A stretch of 64,000 bases of DNA, from the NCBI RefSeq assembly GCF_032444005.1, contig NC_091287.1:195362001-195426000 (forward strand), in the 5' to 3' direction. Below are positions 34,146 to 46,963 of this stretch, in pieces; positions within the stretch are counted from its first letter, which is position 1, and the number at the start of each line of letters is the position of its first letter. Source of the stretch: Ranitomeya imitator (taxonomy: Eukaryota). The notes under the pieces were generated by a model, which searched no databases, had not been told where the DNA came from, and saw only the letters and a program-made list of their open reading frames with translations. Position numbers and translations under genes: made by a program.

Positions 34146-35230
34146 CCCTTTAACTCCCGGAGTTTTTTCGATTTTCGCTCCCCTCCTTCCCAGACCTATA
34201 ACTTTTTATTTTTCAGTCAATATGGCCATGTGAGGGCTTACTTTTTGTGGGATGAGTTGTACTTTTGAACACCATCATTGGTTTTAACATGTTGTGTACT
34301 AGAAAATGGTGAAAAAAGTGCGGTGAAATTGCAAAAAGTGCAATTCCACACATGTTTTTTGTATGGCTTTTTTGCTAAGTTCACTAAATGCTAAAACTGA
34401 CCTGCTGTTATGATTCTCCAGGTCACTGCGAGTTCATAGATAAAAAATATCCTAGACATGTTTGGTGTCTAAATCGTAAAAAAAAAAAAATCCAAAGTTT
34501 GGCTTAAAAAAAAATAAAAATTGCTCAATATTTCGAGACGCGTAGCGTCTCCATTTTTCGTTATCTGGGGTTGGATGAAGACGAGCTGATGTTTTTAACC
34601 CCTTTACCCCCAAGGGTGGTTTGCACGTTAATGACCAGGCCAATTTTTTCAATTCTGACCACTGTCCCTTTATAACTCTGGAACGCTTCAACGGATCCTG
34701 ATGATTCTGACATTGTTTTCTTGTGACATATTGTACTTCATGCTAGTGGTAAAATTTCTTTGATATTACCTGCGCTTATTTGTGGAAAAAAAACGGAAAT
34801 ATGGTGAAAATTTTGAAAATTTTCCAACTTTGAATTTTTATGCAATTAAGGCTAGGGTCACATTGCGTTAGTGCAACCCGTTTAGCGCTAGCAGGTTGCG
34901 CTAACGCAATGTTTTTACTGTGGCCGCGTCCCGGGGTCGCGGTAACGTCCCCGCTCTTGCAGATCCCCGATCTGCGAGAGCGGGGAACGGACCGCGGGCG
35001 CGCCTCGGACGCTGCAAGCAGCGTCCGCGGCGCGCCAGGAAACACCGGCGCGTCGCTAGCGCGTGCCGAACATGGAACGCGCTAGTGCTGCGCGTTCCCA
35101 TTGCCGTGAATGGGTGCGCTAACGGACGCGTTGCACGGCGTTAATTTCGCCGTGCAACGCTGTCCGTTAAGCGCGTTCCCATAACGCAATGGGAACCCAG
35201 CCTAAATCAGAGATATGTCACACAAAATAC
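34146..35230. mobile_element. Nested piggyBac-like termini (34146 and 34599)
   Basis: Two TTAA+CCC starts. The second, CCCCTTTACCCCCAAGGGTGG, is the reverse complement of the end at 3081. Confidence 0.65.
34850..35202. mobile_element. Harbinger-type MITE
   Basis: GGCT(A/G)GG(G/T)TC(A/C)CATTGCGTTA TIRs, TAA duplication. Confidence 0.85.
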
Positions 35231-35231
35231 T

Positions 35232-35698
35232 TAATTATTATTTTTTTATATAGCACTATTCCATGGTGCTGTACATGAGAAAGGGGTTACATACAGAGTT
35301 ATAGATATCGTTTACAGTAAACAAGTTTACAGTGGCAGACTGGTACAGAAGGGAGGGGACCCTGTCCTTGCGGACTTACATTCTATGGGATAGTGGGGAA
35401 GAGACAGAAGGTAGGGGCGAGGCGGCGGTGATGGTGAGGCTCTGGCGATGGCGAGGCGGCAGAATGGTTATTGTAGGCTTTCTTGAAGAGATGAGTTTTC
35501 AGGTTCCGTCTGAAAGAGCCGAGGGTGGTGGATAGTCGGACGTGTTGAAGCATGAAATTCCAGAGGATGGGGGATATTCGGGAGAAATCTTGGAGGCGGT
35601 TGTGTGAGGAACGAATAAGTGTGGATGAGAGTAGGATGTCTTGGGAGGAGCGGAGTTTACGTGAGGGAAGATATTGGGAGATTAGTTCAGACTGAGTT
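35232..35698 (-). mobile_element. L2-clade LINE 3' fragment
   Basis: Minus-strand YLPSRKLRSSQDILL...FSRISPILWN...SFRRNLKTHLFKKAY, typical of an L2 ORF2 C-terminus. Confidence 0.8.
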
Positions 35699-37009
35699 AG
35701 GCTGGAGTCACACTCAGCATAAGACAATACGGTCCGTATATTACGGCCGTAATACGCTGAAAAGTCCCCAAAATAGTGGTCCGTAGCTCCTCCGTAGGCA
35801 GGGTGTGTCAGCGTATTTTGCGCATGGCATCCTCCGTATGTAATCCGTATGGCATCCGTACNNNNNNNNNNNNNNNNNNNNNNNNNNNNNNNNNNNNNNN
35901 NNNNNNNNNNNNNNNNNNNNNNNNNNNNNNNNNNNNNNNNNNNNNNNNNNNNNNNNNNNNNNNNNNNNNNNNNNNNNNNNNNNNNNNNNNNNNNNNNNNN
36001 NNNNNNNNNNNNNNNNNNNNNNNNNNNNNNNGCTAGATAGCTTTAAAGCCGGTAATTCAATTGCCGGCTTTTGCTATCTCCTTCCTAAAACCCGACATGA
36101 TATGAGACATGGTTTACATACAGTAAACCATCTCATATCACTTTTTTTTTTGCATATTCCACACTACTAATGTTAGTAGTGTGTATATGCAAAATTTGGC
36201 CGTTCTAGCTATTTAATTAAAGGGTTAAATGGCGGAAAAAATTGGCGTGGGCTCCCGCGCAATTTTCTCCGCCAGAGTAGTAAAGCCAGTGACTGAGGGC
36301 AGATATTAATAGCCTGGAGAGGGCTCATGGTTATTGCACCCCCCCCCTGGCTAAAAACATCTGCCCCCAGCCACCCCAGAAAAGGCACATCTGGAAGATG
36401 CGCCTATTCTGGCACTTGGCCACTCTCTTCCTATTCCCGTGTAGCGGTGGGATATGGGGTAATGAAGGGTTAATGCCACCTTGCTATTGTAAGGTGACAT
36501 TAAGCCAAATTAATAATGGAGAAGCGTCAATTATGACACCTATCCATTATTAATCCAATACTAGTAAAGGGTTAAAAAATACACAAACACATTATTAAAA
36601 AGTATTCAGCACTAAAGCACTGTGAAAAAATTATCAAACTGGATTCAATGGGGATTAGTAACAATATTGGCTCATGAAAAATGGACTAATACCTCTAAAA
36701 AAAAAATACCTTTTATTACTAAATAGTTAAAATGCCACACACACTACAAATGTGAAAAAACAAATGAAAAAAGAAAAAATTACTGCTATTTGTTAAAAAA
36801 TACAGCAGTACAAGTGTGAACAGACCTATATGACCCTAGTTCACCCTAGCTGAAAAACCTTCCTAGCAGCGGAGGTTGGCACCCTCTTGATATGCAAATG
36901 GCGCCCCCGCTCAACGGTTGCTCTCCCTACAATCCCTAGATGACCCTAAAGTAGATATATCACAGACATAGCTACCAACTATATAACAATACCAACCTGG
37001 GGTGGGGGG

Positions 37010-37701
37010 GGGGGACAGCGATCTAGACAACGATCCCGATCGCTGCAGCGTCGCTGTGTGGTCGCTGGAGAGCTGTCACACAGACAGCTCTCCAGCGACC
37101 AACTATGCGAAGTCCCCTGGTAACCAGGGTAAACATTGGGTTACTAAGCGCAGGCCGCGCTTAGTAACCCGATGTTTACCCTGGTTACCAGCGTAAACGT
37201 AAAAAAAACACTACATGCTTACATTACGTGTCTGTCCCCCGGCGCTGTGCTTCTCTGCACTGACAGTGAGCTCCAGCCGGAAAGCATAGCGGTGACGTCA
37301 CCGCTGTGCTCTGCTTTCCGGCCGCCACTTACACAGTGCAGAGAAGCACAGCGCCGGGGGACAGACACTGGAATGTAAGTATGTAGTGTTTTTTTTTTTT
37401 TTTTTTTTACGTTTACGCTGGTAACCAGGGTAAACATCGGGTTACTAAGCGCGGCCCTGCGCTTAGTAACCCGATGTTTACCCTGATTACCAGTGAAGAC
37501 ATCGCTGAATCGGCGTCACACACGCCGATCCAGCGATGTCTGCGGGAGTCCAGCGACGAAATAAAGGTCTGGACTTTCTGCGCCGACCAACGATGGCACA
37601 GCAGGATCCTGATCGCTGCTGCCTGTCAAACTCCACGATATCGATAGCCAGGACGCTGCAACGTCAAGGATCGCTAGCGATATCGTTCAGTGTGACGGTA
37701 C
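37010..37701. mobile_element. Palindromic Harbinger-type MITE (GGTACC-GTCACAC family); another copy starts at about 63847
   Basis: Right end GTGTGACGGTACC. Internal hairpins GGTAACCAGGGTAAACATCGGGTTACTAAGCG and its reverse complement. Confidence 0.75.
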
Positions 37702-37729
37702 CTTTACACAACACGCAAATATTCTTTAA

Positions 37730-38125
37730 GGCCCCGTCACACATAGCGACGCTTAAGCGATCCCGACAACGATACGACCTGTCAGGGATCGTTGCTGCGT
37801 CGCTATGTGGTCGCTGGTGAGATGTCACACAGTGCGATCTCCCCAACGACGCAGCAGCGATGCGGCGAACTGTAGCGACCTGTAGAACGATGCTATTTCA
37901 TGATGATTCAATGGGACGTCCTGTCAACGAGGTCGTTGGTAAGGTGTCAAACACAGCGATGTGTGTTACCCAGCGGGACCTCAACGATCAAAAAATGGTC
38001 CAGGCCATTCCGACACGACCAGCGATCTCACAGCAGGGACCTGATCGCTGCTACGTGTCACACATAGCGAGATCGCTGTTGCGTCACAAAACTTGTGACT
38101 CAGCAGCGATCTCGCTATGTGATTT
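37730..38125. mobile_element. Harbinger-type MITE with a degenerate right end
   Basis: GGCCCCGTCACACATAGCGA start; inverted TCGCTATGTG at the right. Confidence 0.6.
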
Positions 38126-38394
38126 ATTACCCTTTGATTTATTATTTAAATGATAAACAAAGGGAAAGCGGGGGAAGGGTTTTTTTTTAGGTCAATACAC
38201 TCCAAATGCCTTGAAGTGGGCTGCCAAACAGTAACCCCTCTAAATCAATGTAACCACTCCAAGCATGATGATATTTACTTAACTCTATTGCACCATGCCC
38301 AAACAGATCAGTAATCTGATGGACAATTTCAACGTAAAACTTATATTAAATATGTCAAATTAGCATTGCCTCTGCCAGATCAGCATCACTTTAA

Positions 38395-38713
38395 AGGGAC
38401 ACTGTCACCTGAATTTGGAGGGAACAATCTTCAGCCATAGAGGCGGGGTTTTTGGGTGTATGATTCACCCTTTCCTTACCCGCTGGCTGCAATATTGGAT
38501 TGAAGTTCATTCTCTGTCCTCCATAGTACACACTTGTGCAAGGCAAGATGGCACCTAGTGCAGGCATGTACTATGGAGGACAGAGAATGAACTTGAATCC
38601 AATATTGCAGCCAGCATGCAGCCAGCGGGTAAGGAAAGGGTGAATCAAAAACACAAAAACCCCGCCTCCATGGCTGAAGATTGTTCCCTCCAAATTCAGG
38701 TGACAGTGTCCCT
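38395..38713. mobile_element. Kolobok/T2-family MITE, almost fully palindromic
   Basis: TTAA-AGGGACACTGTCACCTGAATTTGGAGGG...CCCTCCAAATTCAGGTGACAGTGTCCCT-TTAA. Confidence 0.9.
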
Positions 38714-38907
38714 TTAAATAATACTAGGCTTATTTACTCAGGGGAAAAAGTGGTCAGACATTTAGGGTATAATTAAGGTCTGTAGATGTAGCATCCCCTC
38801 AGATCTATTTCTTATAGTGACGTTGCTGCATATCCCAATAGCAGGCCACTTAGATCACCACAAGTGATATTACTGCATATTAATGTGACAGCCCACATTC
38901 ATAACCA

Positions 38908-40440
38908 GATACCTCCCAACTTTTGAAGATGGGAAAGAGGGACAAAGTTTGCGGCGCTACGCGGCAAATTTTAGGCCACGCCTCTGACCACACCCATTCA
39001 TAATTAGTCACATCCATATCCATGTCCCAACCACACCATTTAGCACTGCTGATCACACTTTCATATACAATAATTATGAACAAAAAAATATGGCCACACA
39101 GTGCTCCATACTGTATAATGGCCCCACATGATGCTCAATACTATAAAATGGCCACACATGATGCTCCATACTGTATGACTCCACATGATGCTCCATACTG
39201 TATAATGATCGCACATGATGCTCCATACTGTATAACGACCCCTCATGATGCTCCATACTGTATAATGGCCGCACATGATACTCCATACTGTATAACGACC
39301 CCTCATGATGCTCCATACTGTATAACGGCCACACATGATGCTCCATACTGTATAATGACCGCACATGATGCTCTATACTGTATAACTGCTGCACATGATG
39401 CTCCATACTGTATAATGACCGCACATGATGCTCCATACTGTATAATGACCGCACATGATGCTCCATACTGTATAATGACCGCACATGATGCTCCATACTG
39501 TATAATGACCGCACATGATGCTCCATACTGTATAATGACCACACATGATGCTCCATACTGTATAATGACCGCACATGATGCTCCATACTGTATGACCGCA
39601 CGTGATGCTCCATACTGTATGACCGCACGTGATGCTCCATACTGTATGACCGCACGTGATGCTCCATACTGTATGACCGCACGTGATGCTCCATACTGTA
39701 TAATGACTGCACGTGATGCTCCATACTGTATAATGGCCCCACATGATGCTCCATACTGTATATTGGCCGCACATGATACTTCGTACCGCATAATGGCCAC
39801 ACATATCTACTCCTACACACGCGGCTGCGCTCCATACGCCTCGTACACACGGCTCCACTCCATACACCTCACACACACAACTCCGCTCCATACACCTCAT
39901 ACACATTCAGCTCCACTCCATACACCTCGTACACATTCAGCTCTGCGCCATACACCTCGCGCGCGCACACACTGCTCCGCTCCATACACCTCGTACATAC
40001 ACGGCTCCGCTCCATACACCTCGTACACACATGGCTCTGCTACATCCACACTGTACACCTCTTGACCCCACACAAGGCACATTACTTGCCTAATCCAGCA
40101 GCACCACGTGGCAAGTTGGCAACCAGCACAGCCGGGTCCTGCAATCCACGGAGGTCCCGATCATGTGACCCCTGCTCCTCCCCTCCTGTGACCTCATCAC
40201 AGGTCCTGTGCGCACAAAGCAGGCAGCCAATATGTGGTGTAAGGCTCTGTGCTGCAGGGATGACAGGCTGATACGTACTGCACTGCAATGTACGGAAGGC
40301 TAAAAGGCGTGGCTTTACACCAGGGGGCGTGCCAGCTGGTTCTCCTGCTGTCTGTGGGAAACAGAGTCCCGCGCTGGACAGCAGGGCAAAGGCTCAAAAC
40401 TGGGACAGTCCCGCACAATGAGGGACGGTTGGGAGCTATG
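38908..40440. mobile_element. hAT-family non-autonomous element with a 30/27-bp minisatellite (about 39100-39800)
   Basis: TIR (G/C)ATA(C/G)CTCCCAAC and a perfect 8-bp TSD CATAACCA (38900-07, 40441-48). Unit GCACATGATGCTCCATACTGTATAATGACC. Confidence 0.9.
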
Positions 40441-41113
40441 CATAACCACTCTATTGCACTGTGCCCAAACATGTCAGCAAACTGGAAATTCCCGAGTAAA
40501 CTTAGCTTCAGTGTGCTAGATTAGCATCGCCTCAGCTTAATCATCATCACCTCAACCCATTTCCCTCCCATGATGAGTTCCTCATGAGGCACATGGTAGC
40601 TTCTGTGTTCCCTCAGAACATCAGAGTTCTGATGGGAGCTGTAATCCCATCAGCTGACACCAGTGACCAGAGGTAAGCTTTATACCCCTGATCACAGCTG
40701 AGTTCTCACGCTTGACAGTGTGGGAACCGTGGCTCTCTGACTGTCAGGGATGTTTTCGCCGCCAATCAGAAGCAGTGTTTGCCATGCTGTCACGCACATG
40801 ACAGCGTAACAAACACCCAGTATTTGGGCAGTCAATCACAGTATGCCACACCAAAGGTGGTGCCGGCATTAACTGTGATTGGCAAGCAAATAAAGGGACA
40901 AACATGCTGAATTGGTCACTTGAATATACAGAGCTGAATAGCAAATTATTAGCAGAGTAATGAATAGCTCTAATACAGTACTATCCGTGCAAGTAAAGCA
41001 TAAAGCTGAATATATTCGCTCGTCACTATTACCCATCTGTAAGCTACATGCACATAAGTGTTGGTAGTATTGCACAGGCGTATATGCTTACAAAGTCCAA
41101 AATCTTTATGGTA

Positions 41114-42092
41114 ACATAGTAACATAGTTAGTAAGGCCGAAAAAAGACATTTGTCCATCCAGTTCAGCCTATATTCCATCATAATAAATACCCAGATCTA
41201 CGTCCTTCTACAGAACCTAATAATTGTATGATACAATATTGTTCTGCTCCAGGAAGACATCCAGGCCTCTCTTGAACCCCTCGACTGAGTTCGCCATCAC
41301 CACCTCCTCAGGCAAGCAATTCCAGATTCTCACTGCCCTAACAGTAAAGAATCCTCTTCTATGTTGGTGGAAAAACCTTCTCTCCTCCAGACACAAAGAA
41401 TGCCCCCTTGTGCCCGTCACCTTCCTTGGTATAAACAGATCCTCAGCGAGATATTTGTATTGTCCCCTTATATACTTATACATGGTTATTAGATCGCCCC
41501 TCAGTCGTCTTTTTTCTAGACTAAATAATCCTAATTTCGCTAATCTATCTGGGTATTGTAGTTCTCCCATCCCCTTTATTAATTTTGTTGCCCTCCTTTG
41601 TACTCTCTCTAGTTCCATTATATCCTTCCTGAGCACCGGTGCCCAAAACTGGACACAGTACTCCATGTGCGGTCTAACTAGGGATTTGTACAGAGGCAGT
41701 ATAATGCTCTCATCATGTGTATCCAGACCTCTTTTAATGCACCCCATGATCCTGTTTGCCTTGGCAGCTGCTGCCTGGCACTGGCTGCTCCAGGTAAGTT
41801 TATCATTAACTAGGATCCCCAAGTCCTTCTCCCTGTCAGATTTACCCAGTGGTTTCCCGTTCAGTGTGTAATGGTGATATTGATTCCCTCTTCCCATGTG
41901 TATAACCTTACATTTATCATTGTTAAACCTCATCTGCCACCTTTCAGCCCAAGTTTCCAACTTATCCAGATCCATCTGTAGCAGAATACTATCTTCTCTT
42001 GTATTAACTGCTTTACATAGTTTTGTATCATCTGCAAATATCGATATTTTACTGTGTAAACCTTCTACCAGATCATTAATGAATATGTTGAA
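41114..42092 (-). mobile_element. 5'-truncated CR1 LINE with open RT C-terminal frame (41217-42092)
   Basis: FNIFINDL...FADDTKL...WQMRFN...LERVQRRATK. GTAACATA tandem 3' tail. Candidate TATGGTA duplication at 41107 and 42093. Confidence 0.92.
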
Positions 42093-42804
42093 TATGGTAG
42101 CTGTGAAGTAATCACCACATAGCAAATGAAAAGCTTATGATGTGAGATATATATATTTCTTTATTTTATATAGAGAAGCTTGGTCGTCTACACTTTTTCT
42201 GTTGTGTTAAAGAAATTGTTTGTCTTGTTAAATGATGTAGTTCCCCATCTACAAAAAAAATTAGTGCTCCTGTAACATTGTTCAACCATGTGAGTCCCTG
42301 TAGCCTATCAGCGGCCACTGATGAGCTGCATTGTTCATATGACACACGAGCGTCCTCAGACCTGCTGCTAAAATCACTGGTGTGAATAGATGATTGTTTG
42401 TATTTCACGGGGGATTCAATACTTTAACATCCGCTACTTTAATGAACAACCACTTTAAATAAATAGTATTCTTACTCATACCATCCTATCTGTTAGCCTT
42501 TAGCCCACTGAATGTATGCCTACTGTTGTATCCTGTGAGCTCTTCTCAACATGTACAGTGAGTACAGGGCTGTGGCTTACCACTGGGCCACAGAATAACT
42601 ATAGTACATGCTACAAAGTTGCTCATTGTAGCAACAATTTGCACTAGCTCATGAATGTGTACATTTAAATTTTGGGGGGCACAGATGGCCAAAAGATGCA
42701 CCTTCTATTAAATTTGGCATAATTTGCTCCTGTAGTCTGTAGGTTAACATGTGGCCTGCAAAATGCCAGTCTTAATTTCCCCCATTTTGTTCACTTATCC
42801 TTAA

Positions 42805-43465
42805 AGGGACTCTGTCAACACAGAATGACTGTTCAAGCGAAGTCCCGCAACTCAGTGCTTCATAGTGGGGGCAATCATTTATATATACTTTCCCATCTGC
42901 TTTTCTTCCCTCAGTCTCAACCATCCCTTATTTGATTGACCGCTACAGTATGACTTGATAGAGCCAGAGAAGTGTGGAGATAGGTGGAAAACAAACAAGT
43001 CTTGACAGTGTACTGAAATGATTTGGCCCGGCCATGAAACACCAAGCGTCTTTTCTTGGTTTGAATAGTCATTCTGTGCACATTCCCCTTCACAGGGAAC
43101 CTGTTACCCCCAAAATCGACGGTGAACTAAGCCCACCGGCATCAGGGGCTTATCTACAGCATTCTGGAATGCTGTAGACAATCCCCCGGTGTATCCTGAA
43201 AGATTAGAAAAAGAGGTTAGATTATACTCACGCAGGCGGTCCGATCCGATGGGCGTCGCGGTTCAGTCCGGGGCCTCCCATCTTCATCAGATGACGTTCT
43301 CTTCTTGTCTTCACGCTCTGGCGCAGGCGTACTTTGTCTGTCCTGTTGAGGGCAGAGCAAAGTACAACAGTGCGCAGACGCTGGGAAAGGTCGGAGATGC
43401 TGTAGATAAGCCCCTGATGCCGGTGGGCTTAGCTCACCTTCAATTTTGGGGGTGACGGGTTCCCT
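42805..43465. mobile_element. Two adjacent Kolobok/T2 MITEs (about 42805-43090 and 43094-43465)
   Basis: TTAA-AGGGA starts and TCCCT-TTAA end. Long inverted arms, e.g. AAGCCCACCGGCATCAGGGGCTTATCTACAGCA and its reverse complement. Confidence 0.75.
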
Positions 43466-44563
43466 TTAATGAGTTCTGCGGCGTTTGTTGCGCTGTGGTT
43501 CACTTTAGGCTCCTGGCTTCTGAAAGTCATGTTAATGCGGCCTTAGAGATATAACCACCATCACTTATAGAATTGAAAATGCTGTCTGTACCAGTCATGT
43601 GCCAGTATGGGTTAAAGATGCACAGCTCCCAACACGTGTCTATTGCCAAGAACTGTATAGCACATACTCTCAACAGCTGGGAGCAGATGTGCATGCTTTT
43701 GCTCCCAGTCTGACAGCTTTACAGCAGTGCATGGAGACTGCTGGATAATAAACATTGAGGAAGACAAAGTTGTAGATAACACCCTTTGTTCTCTGCAAGC
43801 AAGAGTGGTTTCTTCACATATGACAGCCCTGCTCCAGCCCACTGACTGAGGTATGTGAGCTACGGCTCTTCTTAGTTGAGACCCAGGTCTTGGGAGCTAT
43901 GGCTTCAGTCTGCTGTCCATCCTTCAGTCTGCTGCCTGTCCTGACACGTGACTAAGACAGGCTGCAGTTTGCATTGAATCAGGAACAAAATTTTATCTCC
44001 TCCTCAGAGAGCCCCATTAAAGGGAAGGTGCCACCAGTTTTCTTGTATTTTGTTTTTTTGTGAAATTAAGCTTAAAATAGTAATTAAAATGTATTAATGC
44101 AATGTTTGCACTGTTTGCAAACATTTCTATATGAAAAATATTATATATTTTTCTACAAATATACATATTTACCACTAGGGGGAGCATTTTCCGTTTTAGA
44201 CCTCAAGCAGCTATAGTAAGATTTAGCAGCTCTGCCCCAGGGATATTAGACCACCCAAAAGGGGAGGGAAATGGTGATGTCAGCAGTTACTGCCCCAACA
44301 GTAAGAATGAAGAGCAGCATCACAGGGCAGCACCATTTTGTGTGTGACTGCCCTGTGACCTGCTATCACCAGCAGTTACTGCATCAGAGTGACAGCTCGT
44401 TTACAGAGGAGCAGAACACAGTGGGCTCAGCAGCATCTGGACCCAAGAAGAGTGAAGACATGTGGTGTGCATGGAGCAGCATTAGGAGCTGTGTGGGAGC
44501 TCCAGCTCTGCAGTGAATAGCCAGGCATTATGGAGGGAGGGGAGAGATGCATTGTATGGCTAA

Positions 44564-45043
44564 GGCCGGGGTCACACTAGACCGCAATACGGACGAGTGC
44601 AATGCGCTAAAAAAATCGCATAGCACTCGTCCCAATGTTAATCTATGGGGCAGCTCCCATCATCCGATATTCTCTCGGCCGTATTCAGGATCCGAGTGAT
44701 ATCGCAGCATGCTGCGATTGTCAGCGTATCTCGGCCGAGAATCGCCAATGAAAGTCTATGGGGGTGAGAAAAAAAATCGCACAGCACACGGACCATCAGT
44801 GTGACGTGCGAGAAATTCTCAAGCATTGGGCAGGTGACAGGAAAGGCTCAGCCATTATTTGCTCATTTTGCAAGTGTGTGAGAAAATCTCACCATACGGA
44901 TGTCACACGGATGCCAAACGGATCATTGGATGCGAGAAAATCGCATCCTCGCACTGCACACGGATCACTGTTTTGGTAACATTTGTGCGATTCTCGTCCG
45001 TCAAAAATGGACCTTTTTTTATACGTTGTGTGTGTCCCTGGCC
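44564..45043. mobile_element. Harbinger-type MITE
   Basis: GGCC(G/A)GGG(T/A)CACAC TIRs, TAA duplication. Confidence 0.85.
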
Positions 45044-45979
45044 TAAGAGTGACTGATGGGAGAGAAAGAGACGTGAAGTATGATGAGTGAGACACATATG
45101 GAGTGTGATGGGGAGATACACATTGAGGCTGTGTGCACACATTCAGGATTTTTCGCATTTTTTTGCGTTTGTTCGCTATAAAAATGTGATAAAAACAATT
45201 TAAAAATGCATACATATGCATCTCATCATTTATAATGCATTCCGCATTTTTTGTGCATATGTCGCGTTTTTCTGGGGGAAAAGCGCATCGCAGTAAAAAA
45301 CGCAACATGTTCTGCGCATGTCGTGTCTCCTCCTTTGATGTGGGCTCCGGCGCTGAGCCCACATCAAAGTCACGACATGTCGGCTGTTTTGTACAGCTGA
45401 CATGTGCGCGCAATAGCGGCAGGTGAAATCGCAATTCACCCGCCGCTATTAACCTGTTAAATGCCGCTGTCAAATGCTGACAGCGGCATTTAACTACCGC
45501 TTCCAGGCGCGCGGCCAGAAATGAGCGCATCGTCCACCCCCGTCACATGATCAGGGGTTGGCAATGCGTCAGGATGGTAACCATAGAGGTCCTTGAGACC
45601 TCTATAGCTACTGATGCCGGCCTGCTGTGAGCGCCTCCCTGTGGTCGGCGCTCATAGTAAGCCTGTAATTCAGCTACGGAGCAGCAATCTGATGATCGCT
45701 GCTATGTAGCTGAGCCGATCGCGTTGTGCCAGCTTCTAGTTTCCCATGGAGGCTATTGAAGCATGGCAAATGTAAAAAAAAAAATGTTTTTAAAAATATG
45801 AAAAAAAATAAATAGTTTAAATCACCCCCCTTTTGCCCCATCAAAAATAAAACAATAAAAAAAATCAAACCTACACATATTTAGTATCGCCGCGTTCAGA
45901 ATCGCCCAATCTGTCAATAAAAAAAAACATGACTGACATGTGCCCGCAATAGCGGCGGGTGAGATCGCGATTCAACCGT

Positions 45980-46963
45980 TCCTCTGTATGTGTTTTCCGT
46001 CCGGCGGAAACAGCTGTTTTGACGGATCCTGCAAAAAACGGATGAAACGTGTGGCCATCCGGCGCTAATACAACTCAATGAGAAAATAACGGATCCGGCG
46101 AAAAAAAACTGATCTGGCAGAAAAAAAAGTAAATTGTGGAAAAAAAACGGATCTGGCGTGAAAAAACAGATCCGGCGGAAAAAACTGATCTGGCAGAAAA
46201 AAAAGGAACTTGTGGAAAAAAAACGAATCCGGCGGAAAAAAACAGATTAGGCGGGAAAAAAAGGATCCGATGGGAAAAAAAACTGATCTAGCAGAAAAAA
46301 AAGGAACTTGTGGAAAAAAAAACGGATCCGGCGGAAAAAAAACGGATCAGGCGGGAAAAAAAGGATCCGATGGAAAAAAACGGATCTGGCAGAGAAAAAA
46401 GAAAATTGTGGAAAAAAAACGGATCTGGCGGGAAAAAACGGATCAGGCGGAAAAAAAAAGGATCCGATGGAAAAAAAACCTGATCTGGCAGAAAAAAAAA
46501 GGAAATTGTGGAAAAAAAACGGATCCGTCGGGAAAAAAAGGATCCGGCAGGAAAAAATGGATCCGTCGGCAAAAAATGGATCCGGTGGGAAAAACGGATC
46601 TGGCGGAAAAAAACGGATTCTGCAAATGTGCTCGCAGGATGCGTTTTTTTCCCATAAACTTGTATTAGCGACAGATCGTGACGGATGGCCACACGTCGCG
46701 TCCGTCGTGCAACGGATCCATCGTGTTTTGGCGGACTGTCGGCACGAAAAAACGTTCAAGTGAACTTTTTTTGTCCAGCGCGTCCGCCATTTTCTACCGC
46801 GCATGCGCTGCCAAAACTCCGCCCCCTCCTTCCAGACTTCAGAATGGGCAGTGGATGTGTTGAAAAACTGCATCCGCTGCCCACGTCGGGCACAAATTTC
46901 ACAACGTACGTCGGCCCGACGCATAGCGACGGACTCGTACCGACGCAAGTGTGAAAGAGGCCT
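45980..46963. mobile_element. Harbinger-type MITE remnant with a GGCGGAAAAAAACGGATC degenerate array (about 46080-46620)
   Basis: Right TIR GTGTGAAAGAGGCC; repeated CGGATC/A-run motif. Confidence 0.6.

Noticed and set aside
36892-36899. ATGCAAAT octamer motif
   Set aside because: A single 8-mer is expected by chance in 64 kb, and no associated snRNA or promoter structure is visible.
42318-42335. Other CTGATGA occurrences (also near 21683, 34690, 45689, 53455)
   Set aside because: None has a stem II closed by GAAA, so they are not hammerheads.
43741-43856. Exon-like stretch followed by a GTATGT donor
   Set aside because: The translations do not resemble CCT5 or any protein I recognise, and the best frame ends in a stop.
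46210-46948. Lys-rich and Phe-rich ORFs
   Set aside because: They come from the A-run/CGGATC array inside a MITE.
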